64,000 nt of DNA, from the NCBI RefSeq assembly GCF_006345805.1, contig NC_043020.1, forward strand, positions 18,972,001 through 19,036,000. Direction: 5' to 3'. The stretch is from Octopus sinensis. Taxonomy: Eukaryota. Position numbers and translations under genes: made by a program. Each line of letters opens with the position of its first letter. Position 1 is the stretch's first letter. Below are positions 24,540-38,789 of the stretch, one piece after another. Below the pieces are notes generated by a model. It was not told where the DNA came from and searched no databases. It saw only the letters and a list, made by a program, of their open reading frames with translations.

Positions 24540-24633
24540 GTATTCTTTGGATTTTTCACTTTTGAATTTTCTCGGTCCTTTTTTTTTATATTTGTTTCAA
24601 AAAATGTTTTTTCTTACTTAGGAATATACTTCG

Positions 24634-24668
<35 letters not shown>

Positions 24669-24786
24669 GGCATTGGTGTTACTGTTTATTAGGCTACTGC
24701 GTTTTCTCCTAAGTCTGGTTGAGGTTAGATTTTATTTTAACTTACTCTTATAAATCCATCCACCCATCCAGCCATACACACACATC

Positions 24787-24845
<59 letters not shown>

Positions 24846-25026
24846 ATATATATATTTACACGCAGTACTCCTTTATTCTTCATTTGTTTCAGTCATTAGA
24901 CTGTGACTATGCTGTGGTACCGCCTTGAAGAATAACATCAACAAGTGGGAATTATTCTAACGAGGCTGGAAGAATATAATTCTGACCCAGATGACGTTTA
25001 CTACCAGAATTGAACGTAAACCCAAG

Positions 25027-25074
<48 letters not shown>

Positions 25075-25084
25075 TATATATTAA

Positions 25085-25304
25085 TAATAATAATTTGACA
25101 ACAAAAGAATGAATGAGACTCGATATTATGTAAAATAGAGGAATTTATCTATAAATATAATATGTGACAATTAGCTGGTTGTCATAATAAAACTCAGAGT
25201 TTCGGATGATTAGATGCCGGAGCAGACTTCATCCCCGGTATCCGAAACTCTGAGTTTTATTATGACAACTAATTATCACATATTATATTTATATAAATTT
25301 ACTC
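25085..25304. mobile_element. Foldback/MITE-like element (partial second copy 11040-11215)
   Basis: Arms ...ttgtcataataaaactcagagtttcggat / atccgaaactctgagttttattatgacaa. Confidence 0.7.
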
Positions 25305-25716
25305 GTTTCATCCATTAGACTGTGGCCATGCTGGGGCCACCCCTTTGAATGGTCTTTGTTGACCAAATCGACTCCAGGGTTTATGTTTTTAAAGTCTCCT
25401 ATTTATTCTACCGATATCTTTTGCCGAACTGCTAAGTTACGGGTATGTAAACACATCAACACCGATTGTAAGGCGATGGTGGGGTGTAAACAGAGACACA
25501 GAGGCACACACACATAAATAATACTGGAAGAGGCCCGTCGTCTATATATATATATATAATATATATATATATATTATATATATATATATATGTCTATATA
25601 TACGACAGGCCTCTTCCAGGTTTTGTCTGCCAAATCTACTCACAAGGCTTTGGGACTGAAGCCGGAACCATATGGTTGGGAAGCAAGCTTCTTACCACGC
25701 AGCTGCACCTGCGCCT
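25297..25716 (-). mobile_element. SINE family A, diverged
   Basis: Tail, linker and head in reverse orientation. Confidence 0.8.
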
Positions 25717-26013
25717 ATATATAAATTAAGAACCCAAGTGGGTCAAAGGTCTCTACAGCTGTTTCAGCCGTGCGTTTTTTATTGATGAATAATTTGATTA
25801 CATCATACAAAGAACCGTTTTCTTCTGGTGAATTTAAAATCTAAAATTCGGTTCGATAAAAAGTGCATGTATATGTATGTGTAAGTGTTTGGATATGTGG
25901 ATATACACGTATGCTTGTATATGTTATATACACGCAGATCTTGATCCTCGCTTGGTTCCTGAATATTAAAATGCCTTGATTAAAACGAAACTTGCAAACA
26001 ATTATATGCATGT

Positions 26014-28526
26014 AATTATAGTGTATGTTGTAGATGTGAAAACGTTCAAAAAGCACCCGGACAAATTTCTATTTGAAATCCCAGATGCGTCCACTCGTAC
26101 AACTCACTTCTTCACCAAAAACCGTACCGAAAGGAGACCCCAAAAAGCTGAAAAGTGGCGCTCCAGCCATGCCAGAGCGCCACTGGCTGAAACCAATAAA
26201 AGAATAAAATAATATACACACACCCACACATATACACACACACACACTGAGTTCAAATGCCACCGATGTCGACTTTGTCTTTCATTCTTTCGGGGTCGAT
26301 AAAATAAGTACCAGTTGAACCCTGGTATCGATGTAATCGACTGGCCTTTTCGCCACGAAATGTCAGGCCTTGTATCTATAGTAGACAAGATTTTAGTGTC
26401 CTGCTTTGCAAGAGTAACATCATTCAAATAAGTGACTTAGAAAGATATGTAATTTCTAAAAAATCCAATACTAGTCACTTGATTTGGCTGAAAAGTCAAA
26501 AGCATGTTCAGAGAGAAATGACCTAATTTACGGAATTTGAAAAAGCACACCAGCACTTTTCCACGCGATAGCCAACGCCCTTTAGTATGCAGAAATAAAA
26601 TTATATGCACAGTTCTCACATTTCTACGCAAGCATTTTCTCTTTCTTACTGTTTTTTTTTTTACAAAAAATACCGAAAATGCTACATTTAATTATGGGTT
26701 TAGTGACATAAATGCACGAAACTCTCGATCCTTGAGTAACTCTATCTTCTACCTATTTATAATCCCTTCTACAACAATCATATGGCCAGAAATTTTACAG
26801 CAGAGGGTTAGTCGATTCCATCGACTCCACTGCTTGACTGCTACTTATTTTGTCGACCCTAAAAAAGTACGAAAGACTAAGTCAAGCTCGGCGGCATTTG
26901 AACTCATAACATAAAAAAACCAAAAGAAATACCGCAAAGCATTTTGCCCGAGGTTGTTAAGGATTCTGTCAGCTCGGCGCCTTTTGCCAACTGATAATAA
27001 AATAATATATTTAATGATATCGATCTAATGTAACTGACAAGTTTTACAACATCGTTTACTGATTTCAGAAGTCGATATACATATGAATTACTGCTTGTGT
27101 TTGATGATGAACAAGAAACTAGAACTTCCAACATTCTGATGTTTCATTTTTATTCTTGCAACAAAACCAAAAATTTCTTCCAGCACAGCTGCAGTTCCTT
27201 CAGTGTAAATCCTTTAATGAAGTTTACACGACATTTCATGTCTTTTAGCGAATTAATTAAATAAAATATCGTTTTCCTTGTAGTATGGACTCTTCAAAGA
27301 CTGGTAGTTTACTAAGTCTTTTACGCTAACTTCATAAATATTACAAACACTAGTTAAACAATTAATCTAGCAACGTCTGTTGACTCCTCTATTTAAAAAA
27401 AAAAAGACATGTTAATCTCAGTTTAACACGTCTTAACATCTGTGTGTCACAAATATTGGAAATTTTATGAAAATGTCTTCTAACTGTCAGAAAGTGAAAG
27501 GACATCAATATTTTTCATGTATTTTTTTCATCTACCAAGCATTTCTCCAACTCTTTTGCGCAATGCTGAGCATATCAGACAGCTTCCTATCATGCATTTC
27601 GTCAAAACATTTGTGCAATGCTGTGCATAACAGGCAGCTTCTGCCAAGCATTAGTAGTAGAAAGTAAATAGAGTAATTATAGTGTATCTTGTAGATGTGA
27701 AAACGTTCAAAAAGTACCCGGACAAATTTCTATTTGAAATCCCAGATGCGTCCACTCGTACAACTCGCTTCTTCACCAAAAACAGTACCGAAAGGAGACC
27801 CCAAAAAGCTGAAAAGTAACGCTCCAGCCATGCCGGAGCGCCACTGGCTGAAACCAATAAAAGAATAAAATAATATACACACACTCACACATATACACAC
27901 ACACACACTGAGTTCAAATGCCACCGATGTCGACTTTGTTTTTCATTCTTTCGGGGTCGATAAAATAGTACCAGTTGAACCCTGGTATCGATGTAATCGA
28001 CTGGCCTTTTCGCCACGAAATGTCAGGCCTTGTATCTATAGTAGACAAGGTTTTAGTGTCCTGCTTTGCAAGAGTAACATCATAGGCGCAGGAGTGGCTG
28101 TTTGGTAAGTAGCTTGCTAACCAACCACATGGTTCCGGGTTCAGTCCCACTGCGTGGCATCTTGGGCAAGTGTCTTCTGCTATAGCCCCGGGCCGACCAA
28201 TGCCTTGTGAGTGGATTTGGTAGACTGAAACTGAAAGAAGCCTGTCGTATATATGTATATATATATAAGTGTGTGTGAATATGTTTGTGTGTCTGTGTTT
28301 GTTCCCCTAGCATTGCTTGACAACCGATGCTGGTGTGTTTACGTCCCCGTCACTTAGCGGTTCGGCAAAAGAGACCGATAGAATAAGTACTGGGCTTACA
28401 AAGAATAAGTCCCGGGGTCGAGTTGCTCGACTAAAGGCGGTGCTCCAGCATGGCCGCAGTCAAATGACTGAAACAAGTAAAAAGAGTAAAAAAAAGAGAG
28501 TAAATTCAAATAAGTGACTTAGAAAT
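26014..28526. repeat. Local direct duplication (26014-26445 vs 27676-28526); second copy interrupted by a SINE
   Basis: About 430 bp shared with few substitutions. Confidence 0.9.
28084..28505 (+). mobile_element. SINE family A, full length, boundaries defined by an empty paralogous site
   Basis: Inserted at acatcat|tcaaataag, which is uninterrupted at 26417-26432. Confidence 0.93.
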
Positions 28527-29120
28527 AGAAAGAGACCAAAATCTCAAATGAGAAGAGAACGTCTTATGGATCAGGTGTGAACTCCCCAGGAAGACTTCAT
28601 TCGTGAATTACAGGTTAGTTGAACCCCAGAATCACAGAAATCGCAGAAACATTCTGTATACTTTTACTTGTTTCAGTAATTAGGCTGCGGTCATGCTGGG
28701 GCACTGCCTTGAAGAACTTTTAGCCGAATGAATCAACCTTTCACGTAATTAAAGAAAAAGGAGAAAGAAAAGAGGGAGAGCGAAAAAGAGGGAGGGGAAA
28801 AGGAAAGAAAGAGAAGCGTCCATGACATGGGGTAGAGAGCATGTAATTGTAACGCTTTCATGTGATTAGTTGAAGGGAAAGAAAGGAAGAAGAAAAAGGA
28901 GAGAGAAACAGATGATGAGGCGAAGAAAGAAAAAGGAAGAGAGAAAAAGAGGGAGAGAGAAAAAGAGGGAGAGAGAAAAAGAGGGAGAGAGAAGTGTCCA
29001 TGACGTGAGATGGGGGGGGACGTAATATCTCTGACGTGGTTAAGAAGGTTAGTTGAGGGTAGAGGAGGAGAGTTAAAAAGTATAATTTTAGCAGAGGAGT
29101 GATTGTGAGGTTAAAGAAAG

Positions 29121-29169
<49 letters not shown>

Positions 29170-29590
29170 TGAGAGAGAGAGAGAGAGAGGGGGAGAGAGA
29201 GGTGAGATAGGGAGATGTGAGACGGGGAGAGAGAGAGGATGGAGAGAGAGATTATAATGGTTGCGGTTGAGATGGAGGTGATGATGGTAAAGGTGGTGGT
29301 GGAGGTAGCAATGGTGATTGGATAGTGAAAAAGTGTATTTTAAAAAAAAATCGAACTAAGTTTCTTTTATATAATCTATCACTTAACGCATGCGCTTAAG
29401 TGCAATTCCATGAAATATCCACGCTTATTTACATGGCAAATATATGCAATTTAACTAAAGGTTGTATCATATGTATGGGATATTTCTTTTGTTTTTGAGG
29501 AAAATGGAAAAATAAGAGTGAATATTTATTTTATGAGTGCTGTGTATTAAGTCTATAAAATTGTGCATAAAGTATATAAAGTATATAAAG

Positions 29591-29630
<40 letters not shown>

Positions 29631-30081
29631 ATATATATATAATGGGCGTTAAGAAATCATCGTATTCCAATTTCTTTTACTTTTCAATAAGTAGCAGATG
29701 AGTGACTATCTTTCCATACAGACACAACACAGGCGACGCTTTCAGGTTTTTGGGATAAAGTTTTCAGAAAATGTTTGTGTGTCTGTGTTTATCCCTCTAG
29801 CATTGCTTGACAACCGATGCTGGTGTGTTTACGTCCCCGTCACTTAGCCGTTCGGCAAAAGAGACCGATAGAATAAGTACTGGGCTTACAAAGAATAAGT
29901 CCCGGGGGTCGATTTGCTCGACTAAAGGCGGTGCTCCAGCATGGCAGCAGTCAAATGACTGAAACAAGTAAAAGAGTAAAAGAGAGAATAGGTTTACCAT
30001 TAGTTCCGTGAAATATTCACGGGTCCTGAGTATAATTTCCGTTAAACTGTTAAAGCTACTAATATTTACATACAGTACTGC

Positions 30082-30295
30082 GCCGAGGCGGCAGAATCAT
30101 TATTACCACACCGGGCAAAATGCTTAGCGGCATTTCGCTCCTCTTTGCGTTCTGAGTTCAAATTCCGCTTAGGTCGACTTTGCCTGTCATCCTTTCGGGG
30201 TCGACAAAACAAGTACCATTTGAGCACTGGAGTCGATGTAATCGACTTATCCCTCCATCGAACTTGCTGGCCTTGTGTCAAAATTTCAAAACAAT
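30082..30295 (+). mobile_element. SINE family B
   Basis: Head, core and ctggccttgtgtcaaaatt tail variant. Confidence 0.8.
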
Positions 30296-30670
30296 ATTTA
30301 CATTCAGCGTCTCTATTTTTGGACTCACCACCTCTACATCACTTCGATTTGGAGATTATGCTTTTGCCATCGAAGAGCAGGAGAGTGAATCTCATAAACC
30401 TCTAAGAAGCAACCGAAAATGTTGACCATTTAACGTTTCTGTGGAAGATATTAAATATATACATGTCTCAATGTATTGCTCATTGTTCACAGTACAGCCA
30501 GATGCTAGAAAATCAAGAAGAATGGAGCCCTAGTCATCTCCAAAAGTAGTCACCATAGCTTTCTTCACTGATAACTGGCTCATGACCTTTTTAGACTTTC
30601 AGGAAGAAGTGTGGCCCCATTCTATGAACTGAGCCTTCGATTCTGGATCATAAAGACACACAAAAGTTTC

Positions 30671-30707
<37 letters not shown>

Positions 30708-31069
30708 ATGTATGTATGTATGTATGTATGCATGCATGCATGCATGCATGAATGTATGTATGTATGTATGTATGTATGTATGTATGTATGTATGTATGTA
30801 TGTATGTATGTATGTATGAATGTATGTATGTATTATGTCATTATTCAGTTTTATGTCAAGATTTCTGGCCAATAGAAGAAGAACCGATTTCTAACCTAGA
30901 TACAAGACTCCTTCGTTGAAATTTTTAAAAAATCAACAAGGTATTTTTGCATGAACGTGTGTATATGTGCAGTATTTGAAGTCAGTGCATAAATAGATTT
31001 GTATGTTTTGTTTTACGTATTTATTCTCGTGCATATAGTTCTATGTCTAGACATGCGCATATATCTGGA

Positions 31070-34000
31070 AAATTCTACAAATTTTGATTGCTCCAGTGGT
31101 GGCTTGGCCCTGTAATCTTCAAATCAGCTTTCTCCTTTCTGATTTTGAGAAGCCTAATTTCTCAAAATTGGTATTTAGACAGCATGTTACGAAATCCCGT
31201 GCCCCAATAATTTCAGCTATAAATTTGAACTTGTAATCTGGATAGAGTAACTGCAGATTTCTCAGTAGTTCAGCGTAGGAATTTTCTTTTTCACTCATCT
31301 TTAGTCTTATGTTAACGTCCACTGGGCAGCTGATTTCTACAACTGTACAGAGTTTTCCTTCTCTGTCCCAAATCACTACGTCAAGTCTGTTTGTCTGACC
31401 GCCTGCCTGATTGCCTGCCTGCCTGTCTACCTGTCTGCCTGCCTGTCTGTCTGTCTGTATGTATGCATGCATGTATGTATGTATGTATGCATGTTCTTTT
31501 TTCTCTTTTTAATTTAGAATCGATTTCGAGAGGTTAACTCGTTGGTAGTAAGGTTGTGAAGGAAAAAAAAAATCTTGTTTTATTCGCCATACTCTAAATA
31601 TTAATTAAGAAGGTCTTGAAGATTTTTCTTACTTCAGTTATCATGATCATTTGTAACGTATGAATTAGAATTGCATTCCATCCCCAAGAATCCATGTTCA
31701 GCTATAGTTTGCTCTAGGCAGGTTGGTAGTTATAACCATAATAACAATGGTTCCAAATTTTGGCACAAAGCAACCATTCTCGGGGGACAGGGAAAGTCGA
31801 TTACATTGACTCCAGTAATTGTTTCACTGAATTTGAAAGGCAAAGTTGATGTCTTCAGTTTTAGTTTGGCACAGCCTGCATTTGTTGTCCGTAAATGTTT
31901 TCTGCCATTTGTGCAGCAGATGGGGAATTTTTGTTCTTTAATTGTATGAATGTAGTCTTCAAAGCGGGATGTCATCACCTCGTCCGTAATCCACGCCAAG
32001 CTTATGATGTGATTTATTCCCTCCATAGTTTAAGTTTTTTTTTCATGTCAAGTGCCCTGTATTAACTTCTTAGCGAACTGTTCTACTTTTTTGTTATTTT
32101 GCTGTTTAAAATTTCCTGTGCTCTTTGGAAGAGATCTGCATCGTTGTTATTTCAAGCACCTCTTCAAATTCATCAGCTTTCCTAATTATGTTGTTGATTT
32201 CGTGGTCTCAAACTTGGTAAGATAGTCACTCGCCTCCTTCTTCAGTTGCAGATGTATCACAATTTATGCTTCATGTGACATCAATACGGATCTGAGACCA
32301 CAGCCACCATCCTTGCATGTGCAATACAAGTCTGTCTACATCTCCATTGATGTTGAGGTTTCCTGCAACACTGATCAGCTTGCGAGTTCGTATGTTTATC
32401 TCGTTGAACTCTTGCAGCGACTGACTTAGAAGGCCAAATGTTGGCGTGGGGATAAGCACGATAAGGTGTTGTGCGCGATCTACTTATTGTAAGCTGAGAG
32501 TTCTGTAAAAATATTATTTAAACACTCTTGTGGTATTCATTCTGTGTACTCTTCTTATTGATGGGTCCTCCATAGATGACATTCTCATTCTGTCCGAGAT
32601 ACTTGTAGCTTTCCCCGGAGAGTAAAGGTTGTATTTTTAGGTTGTTCAATTTTTAGTATTTTCGTTGAGGACACAATTTTGTCACGTTTTCCCACCCAAA
32701 ATGCGCTTTCGAACTTACCAAATTCCATTCCAATGTCTTCGGAGAATTGGGTTATGAGATTCAGTTCCTTTTCAATGTGGTTAATATCTGGCCCATACAG
32801 CTTCAGGTCATTGCCAAAGACAAAAGTGAGCGATGTTACTGGTACTTTCCCGTAAGTTCTATATTTCTGACCAGGTATGGTAGGAAATAAAAGAGAGATC
32901 TAAGAGCAGCACTGATAAGTTTACTGCCCCGAAGGATACCTTTTTTGGCAGTGCATACTGTCAGATGTTTCGTTGTTGTTTCTTAGAAGCAGACATGTGC
33001 ACCAGGTTTTAGTTCGGTGGAGGACGGCAGCTACTAGCGGTGGTATTTCTTGGGCTAATTGTACTGCTTTGATAATCCACCCATGTGATATACTATTAAA
33101 GGTATTTTGGTAGTCCAGCCATACCATAGCCAAGTTTCTGTTCTTCTTTGTAGCTCTCCCTCTCGTATCTTTTTATAAATTAATAGGTGCTCAGGACAGC
33201 TTCACACTTCCTTCTTTCCCCCAAGTAATTCAAGTGTTCTAATACTAGTGGTGGTACAACGATCCTGTTAAAACAGACTGATGCATCCAGTGTACATTTT
33301 ATACATAATGTTTTGACATTTGACGGGTTATTAGACGGTAATTTTTGGACTCGATGGTTTGGCTATTTTGGGGGATGAGAAGAGTAATGGCTGTTGACAG
33401 CAATATGGGTAAACTTGACGTCTCCATGAGACCATTCCCATACAATGTTATTAAATCTCCCCGTAAAAGACGAGACTTTTTAGAACCGAAATCATGCCAT
33501 AACCTCCGAGCCCGGGGATTTCCTGTTAGGTATTTTTTAAAGGACTGTTTCTTGTACTGCACAGTGGATTTCGTAGACTTTTCGTTTAACACGCTTGTAT
33601 TATCCCTTATACATAATTTCTTGATCAACTCATTCAGATTTTTCGTTTGATTTATTATTCCATTCCCCGTAATGATCTCCACTAGCTTTCAACTTGTTCT
33701 GCTGATGGTTTGTTAGTTTTTAAGAAGAAATTTTGTAGGCTTCCCGGGCGTGGGACCGATGTAGCGATTCAAATCTCCCCACCCTTCTCATAGACCCGCA
33801 TTGAACCTTTATAGTTTGAGAAAACACCGTGCTCATCACTTTTTTCCTAAGATATTGGGCGAATATTGTGTAAACCCCGAGCCACCACGTAGACATTATC
33901 GTCGCAAAGGACATTGCACTAGGTGTCTCTCTGAACCGTCCATTTCGTACAACTTTTGTTTAACATGCTTGTAGTAACTACATAAACTTCAATCTATCCA

Positions 34001-34330
34001 GCCTTTTCGTTTAATTTATTATTCTTTTCCCACATTGATCTCCAAATAGATTTCAACATGTTCCGCTGATGGAATGGTTTTCTACTGATATTGTGCTGTT
34101 TTTGAGGAAACTACGATAGACTGATTTCGGATCTCTAGCAAACAATTTATTCCATTTTCTTCCCGTTTATATTTGCAGATTTACATTTTAATTTCTCGCT
34201 TGTCGCTGTTATTTCTTGTTTCAGTAATTTGGAATTTATGGTCATAGTTTTTGAGTCCGTAAACTGCTTTCCCAGTTTATCTTTTAAATTGTGTCTAATA
34301 TTTTGTTGATTCATTGGTGGTGTTGCACTT
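31070..34330 (-). mobile_element. Decayed R4/Dong-type non-LTR retrotransposon (RT plus restriction-like endonuclease), interrupted
   Basis: KNYRLIT; WLDYQNTFNSISHGWI; INIRTRKLIS...DVDRL; DVVIWDREGKLCTVVEISCPVDVNIRLKMSEKENSY (RLE). Confidence 0.8.
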
Positions 34331-34862
34331 TAATATATCTATGATAACACTGTGTAACACGATATTTTTCCTTAGGCAGTAACTGTTATTTCCTATTTGC
34401 TTATCCCCAGAAAGCATGAAAAATGGCTAATAGTGCTGCCTTCAAACTTTGCTCTTCTTCCATTTATTCAAACCCCAAAGAATCCCTCTCAACACATGGC
34501 CATGATGCTCCCCTCCATTATTCTTGCTTATGGTCATGGATGAACATATTGTCAGCCACTAAGGGACATGCTCAAGTGGTTATGGTCAAGCAACTGACAA
34601 GCAAATCTGTGGGATTGAACTGAATATATGCTATAATGATATTTCTGCTTCAGCAACTCAGTGCTGAATCTGTCTGAAATGTAATGGAAAATAGGTCAAG
34701 TTTCAAGACATTAATGTACAAGTTACAAAAGCAAAGTTTGAAGGGAATAGTAGTCATTTCTTTTGATTTCTTTCTAGAAATCAAAGGAAATGACTAAAAA
34801 AGAAAGAAAATCTGCGAGATAATCCCTTCGAAGAAACAGAATTTTATTTTGCACTTGGTCAG

Positions 34863-34935
34863 CCCATACCGGTTGCGGATGTTAACCTCTACTGCGCAGT
34901 TCCAGCTGCACGTTGTTATTGCTGACACATTTATC
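34863..34935 (+). CDS. Candidate 73-nt exon (PYRLRMLTSTAQFQLHVVIADTFI)
   Basis: Acceptor ttttattttgcacttggtcag, donor ATC|GTGAGA; unique sequence; open in phase 2-0. Confidence 0.35.
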
Positions 34936-35251
34936 GTGAGATTTATAGTTTCGTATATGGGTTCTGATTCAACAGACTTTAGATAGTTTATCGCCTTTTG
35001 ATTTAGGAGGCACATTTTTTAAAGCTTGTTTTAAATTGCTTGTCTTGTATGTATGTATACATGTATGTGTTGTGAAAGCATATGTGTCTGTATATAGCTG
35101 CAGAATGACATGGTAGTCGACCAGTCTATATGTGTGTGGGACAGGGCATATGTATATATAGATACATCTATACACACGCGCACACACACACACACATGTA
35201 TATTTATATAAAACAGGATGCATACATACGTAAAACAATTGTGTGTGTATG

Positions 35252-35287
<36 letters not shown>

Positions 35288-35824
35288 GTATCATACAGAT
35301 ACACGCACAGCATACCTACAAAACATATTTAATCGATCAATATGACATGTACACATACACACACACACACGCATACACACACATGTATGTTTGTATGTAT
35401 GTATTTATTATGTATGTATATACATGTTTGTATATGTATATAGGCATATAAAATATTTTACATAAAAAAAAATACTCCCAAAATATTATTCACCGAAGTA
35501 AAACAGTTTTTCCTCGTATTTTTATAAATATAAAATAAAAAGAAAAAAAGTAAGTAAATAAGATATAGAAAACATATAAACAACAAACATAGTAAAAAAC
35601 ACAAACTGCAACACAAGAAAAACGTCATCAGTAGGTGAGTAAAAAATCCCAAAGGTAAACTTTACCTAATCTGTGTGTAGGAGTACATTATTAGTGCAAT
35701 AAATACCGCCTTTAGATAGAGTGTAATGGAGTAGACTGGATATATTTTGTCTAAACAACAACAGCAACAACAACAATAGACGTAACAACAACTACCACTA
35801 CTACTACTACTACTAATACTACTA

Positions 35825-35861
<37 letters not shown>

Positions 35862-35902
35862 CACTACTACCACCGCCACCACCACCACCACCACCACTAC
35901 CA

Positions 35903-35942
<40 letters not shown>

Positions 35943-36318
35943 ATCATCAACGACAAGAATACTAACACTAAAAGCATCAAGCACAGCGCTAGCAACGGTG
36001 ATAGCAACAGGAGAAGCAGTAACAACAGCAACAACAGTAACAGTAGCAGTGGCAGCAGCAGCAGCACTAGCAGCAACAACAGCAACAACAACAACAACAG
36101 TGTAGAATCCACATCAGTAACGACAACCAGAACCGCGAGAAAATGTCACAAGAATAACTTTTATAGAGTTTTTAGGAAATTGGCTGAAATTCTTTTGTGG
36201 TGTTTTCTTCGGCTCTGTATGGTCTCAATTCCCCGGGGGAGGGGAATTGTGCGTCCATTGCAGACACTCTGCCGTCTTCCAAAGACACTCGAAAGAAAGC
36301 AGCGGGTAATCGCCTTTA

Positions 36319-36364
<46 letters not shown>

Positions 36365-36590
36365 ATGCGTGTACAAGACGAGATCTTTCCGTCTACCAAA
36401 TCTATTCACAAGCTTTGGTCGGCCAAGGCTATAGCAGAAGACATTTGTTTAAGGTGCCACGCGCTGGGCTTGAACCCGGAACCAAGTGGTCGAAAAGCAA
36501 ACTTCTTGCAATACAACCACGCCTGTATCTATTTCATTGTATGTATGTATATATGTATGTATGTACGTACGTACATACGTATGTATGTGC

Positions 36591-36625
<35 letters not shown>

Positions 36626-37829
36626 GAGCAAGTATTACTTTCTATGGTCACAGGTCAACCCATACACCTAGCGAGTGAAAATGGGTAAAGGGCTGTACAG
36701 AAGCCCGTCGGGTGGACTGTACCTGTAATTCAAGGCACAGCCTGGTCACACACTGTGATACTGATTCTACTTGGGATTTAGGTCAAGAATTCACGTGTCT
36801 GCGGAATACTCAGCCACCTACAGTCTATTCAATGAATAAGTAATTCGGTTGATCGGAGATCCGCTGGGCATCCACACACACACACACACACGCACGCACA
36901 CACACACACAAACCTACACACACACACACACACACACGCACGCACGCACGGACACACAAATATGAGTGCGCCCGCGGGTGTGTTCGATGTATTCTTAGTT
37001 AAAAAAACATTTAATTTTGATTGTGAAAGCGTGTGGCCTGAGAGGTTAGGCCATTGCACTCTTGATAGCAAAGGCGGTGGTTTCGATTCCCTGACAGCGA
37101 TTCGTTGCGTCGATCAATTCGACACCAGACGTTTAACACGCCGAACACTTGTACAAAAACTAATATAGGTTTGATAAAGGGAATGAGCTAATGGACAGTA
37201 TAAGCATTTGATCACAATAAGCAAATCATCTGAGTGAGCTGCGCTGCAAAATGTTGCCGGAAAGGTCATTCTCGGATTCGGGAGACTACTATAAAAAAAG
37301 TTAAAAAAACAAAGATACTACTTTCAATTTAGTGCTCTGGCTGGTCATCTCTTCTTTCTCTCCCTCTCTCCCTCCTTGTCTCTTTTTCTCTCGGTATATA
37401 TTAATAAAACATATTAACTGTATAAACTGCATATATTCAACGCAATTTCATGGCTTCACTCGTATGAAGATTAAAACGTTTATAATATTGATTTCTATTT
37501 TTGGCACACGAGCAGAAATTTCGGGGGAGGGAATAAATTGATTAATGGACCCCATTGTTCAACTGGTACTTATTTTATCGACTCCGGAAGAATGAAAGGC
37601 AAAGTTACTCGTTTCTGATCATCAGCTGGTATGCTGAGCCTACTTACTTTCGAAATATTCACAGTTTTAATATTTTTTGAAATATGAAATAAAAGTTTGA
37701 AGGAAACGCTTACTTTATGTTCTTTTGTTTTAAAAGCCTTTGTAAGAGACACGTGCAGAAACGGTTGTTTGAAGCTCACGTCTTTGTTTCCTTTCTGGTT
37801 CCCTTGGAAATATTATAAACGTTTTAAAG

Positions 37830-38123
37830 GCTGCGAGCTGACAGAATCGTTAGCACGCTGGGCGAAGTGCGTAGCCCTATTTCGTCTGCCGCTACGTTCT
37901 GAGTTCAAATTCCGCCAAGGTCGACTTTGCCTTTCATCCTTTCGGGGTTGATTAAATAAGTACCAGTTACGCACTGGGGTCGATATAATCGACTTAATCC
38001 GTTTGTTTGTCCTTATTTGTCCTCTCTGTGTTTAGCCCCTTGTGGGTAGTAAAGAAATAGGTATTTCGTCTGCCGCTACGTTATGAGTTCAAATTCTGCC
38101 GAGGTCGACTTTGCCTTTCATCC
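37830..38123 (+). mobile_element. SINE family B, dimer (second unit truncated)
   Basis: Same tail-to-gtatttc junction as 16480-16839. Confidence 0.85.
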
Positions 38124-38601
38124 TAAGCGTAAACTGTTGAACCAATCAAAACCAGAGTTAGTGGTACTAATAAAAAAATAATAATAAAACAGACCAAAGC
38201 AAAAAACTCAAACATTTTCAGAGTAAAAGTACTGGAATGGTTTAAGGGTATAAAAGAGAAGGGGACTGTAGAGTCATGCAGTTTTGACATTGCTGGCTCT
38301 AATCCCTCTATATCCGAAACTCTATTAATGAAAGCCCTAGATTTTACAAAAAACAATTGCAGATACTCGTGAGTCGGACATTGATGTGATTATGCACTCT
38401 GGAAAATCTTGCTTGTTTTTCGATAACAACACATGGGTTAAGAAAAGCAGGGAGAAATTATTCATCGTATCCATGGGGGAAAATAAGGGAGCTCAGGTGA
38501 ATGAAATTAAAGTCATCTTTATTCTACATTTACTGAGAAAAAAATTTCCTGAAATGGATCGACGCAGATATCATGATGATGACCTTTATATTCGCCCTCG
38601 A

Positions 38602-38676
<75 letters not shown>

Positions 38677-38789
38677 TGCACGTTCAAGACGAGATTCTTT
38701 CCGTCTACCAAATCTATTCACAAGCTTTGGTCGGCCAAGGCTATAGCAGAAGACACTTGTTTAAGGTGCCACGCGCTGGGCTTGAGGAA

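Noticed and set aside
37605-37628. CUGAUGA-UCA-GAAACGAGUA on minus strand
   Set aside because: Stem II too short and stem I partner replaced by a SINE B junction; cannot be supported
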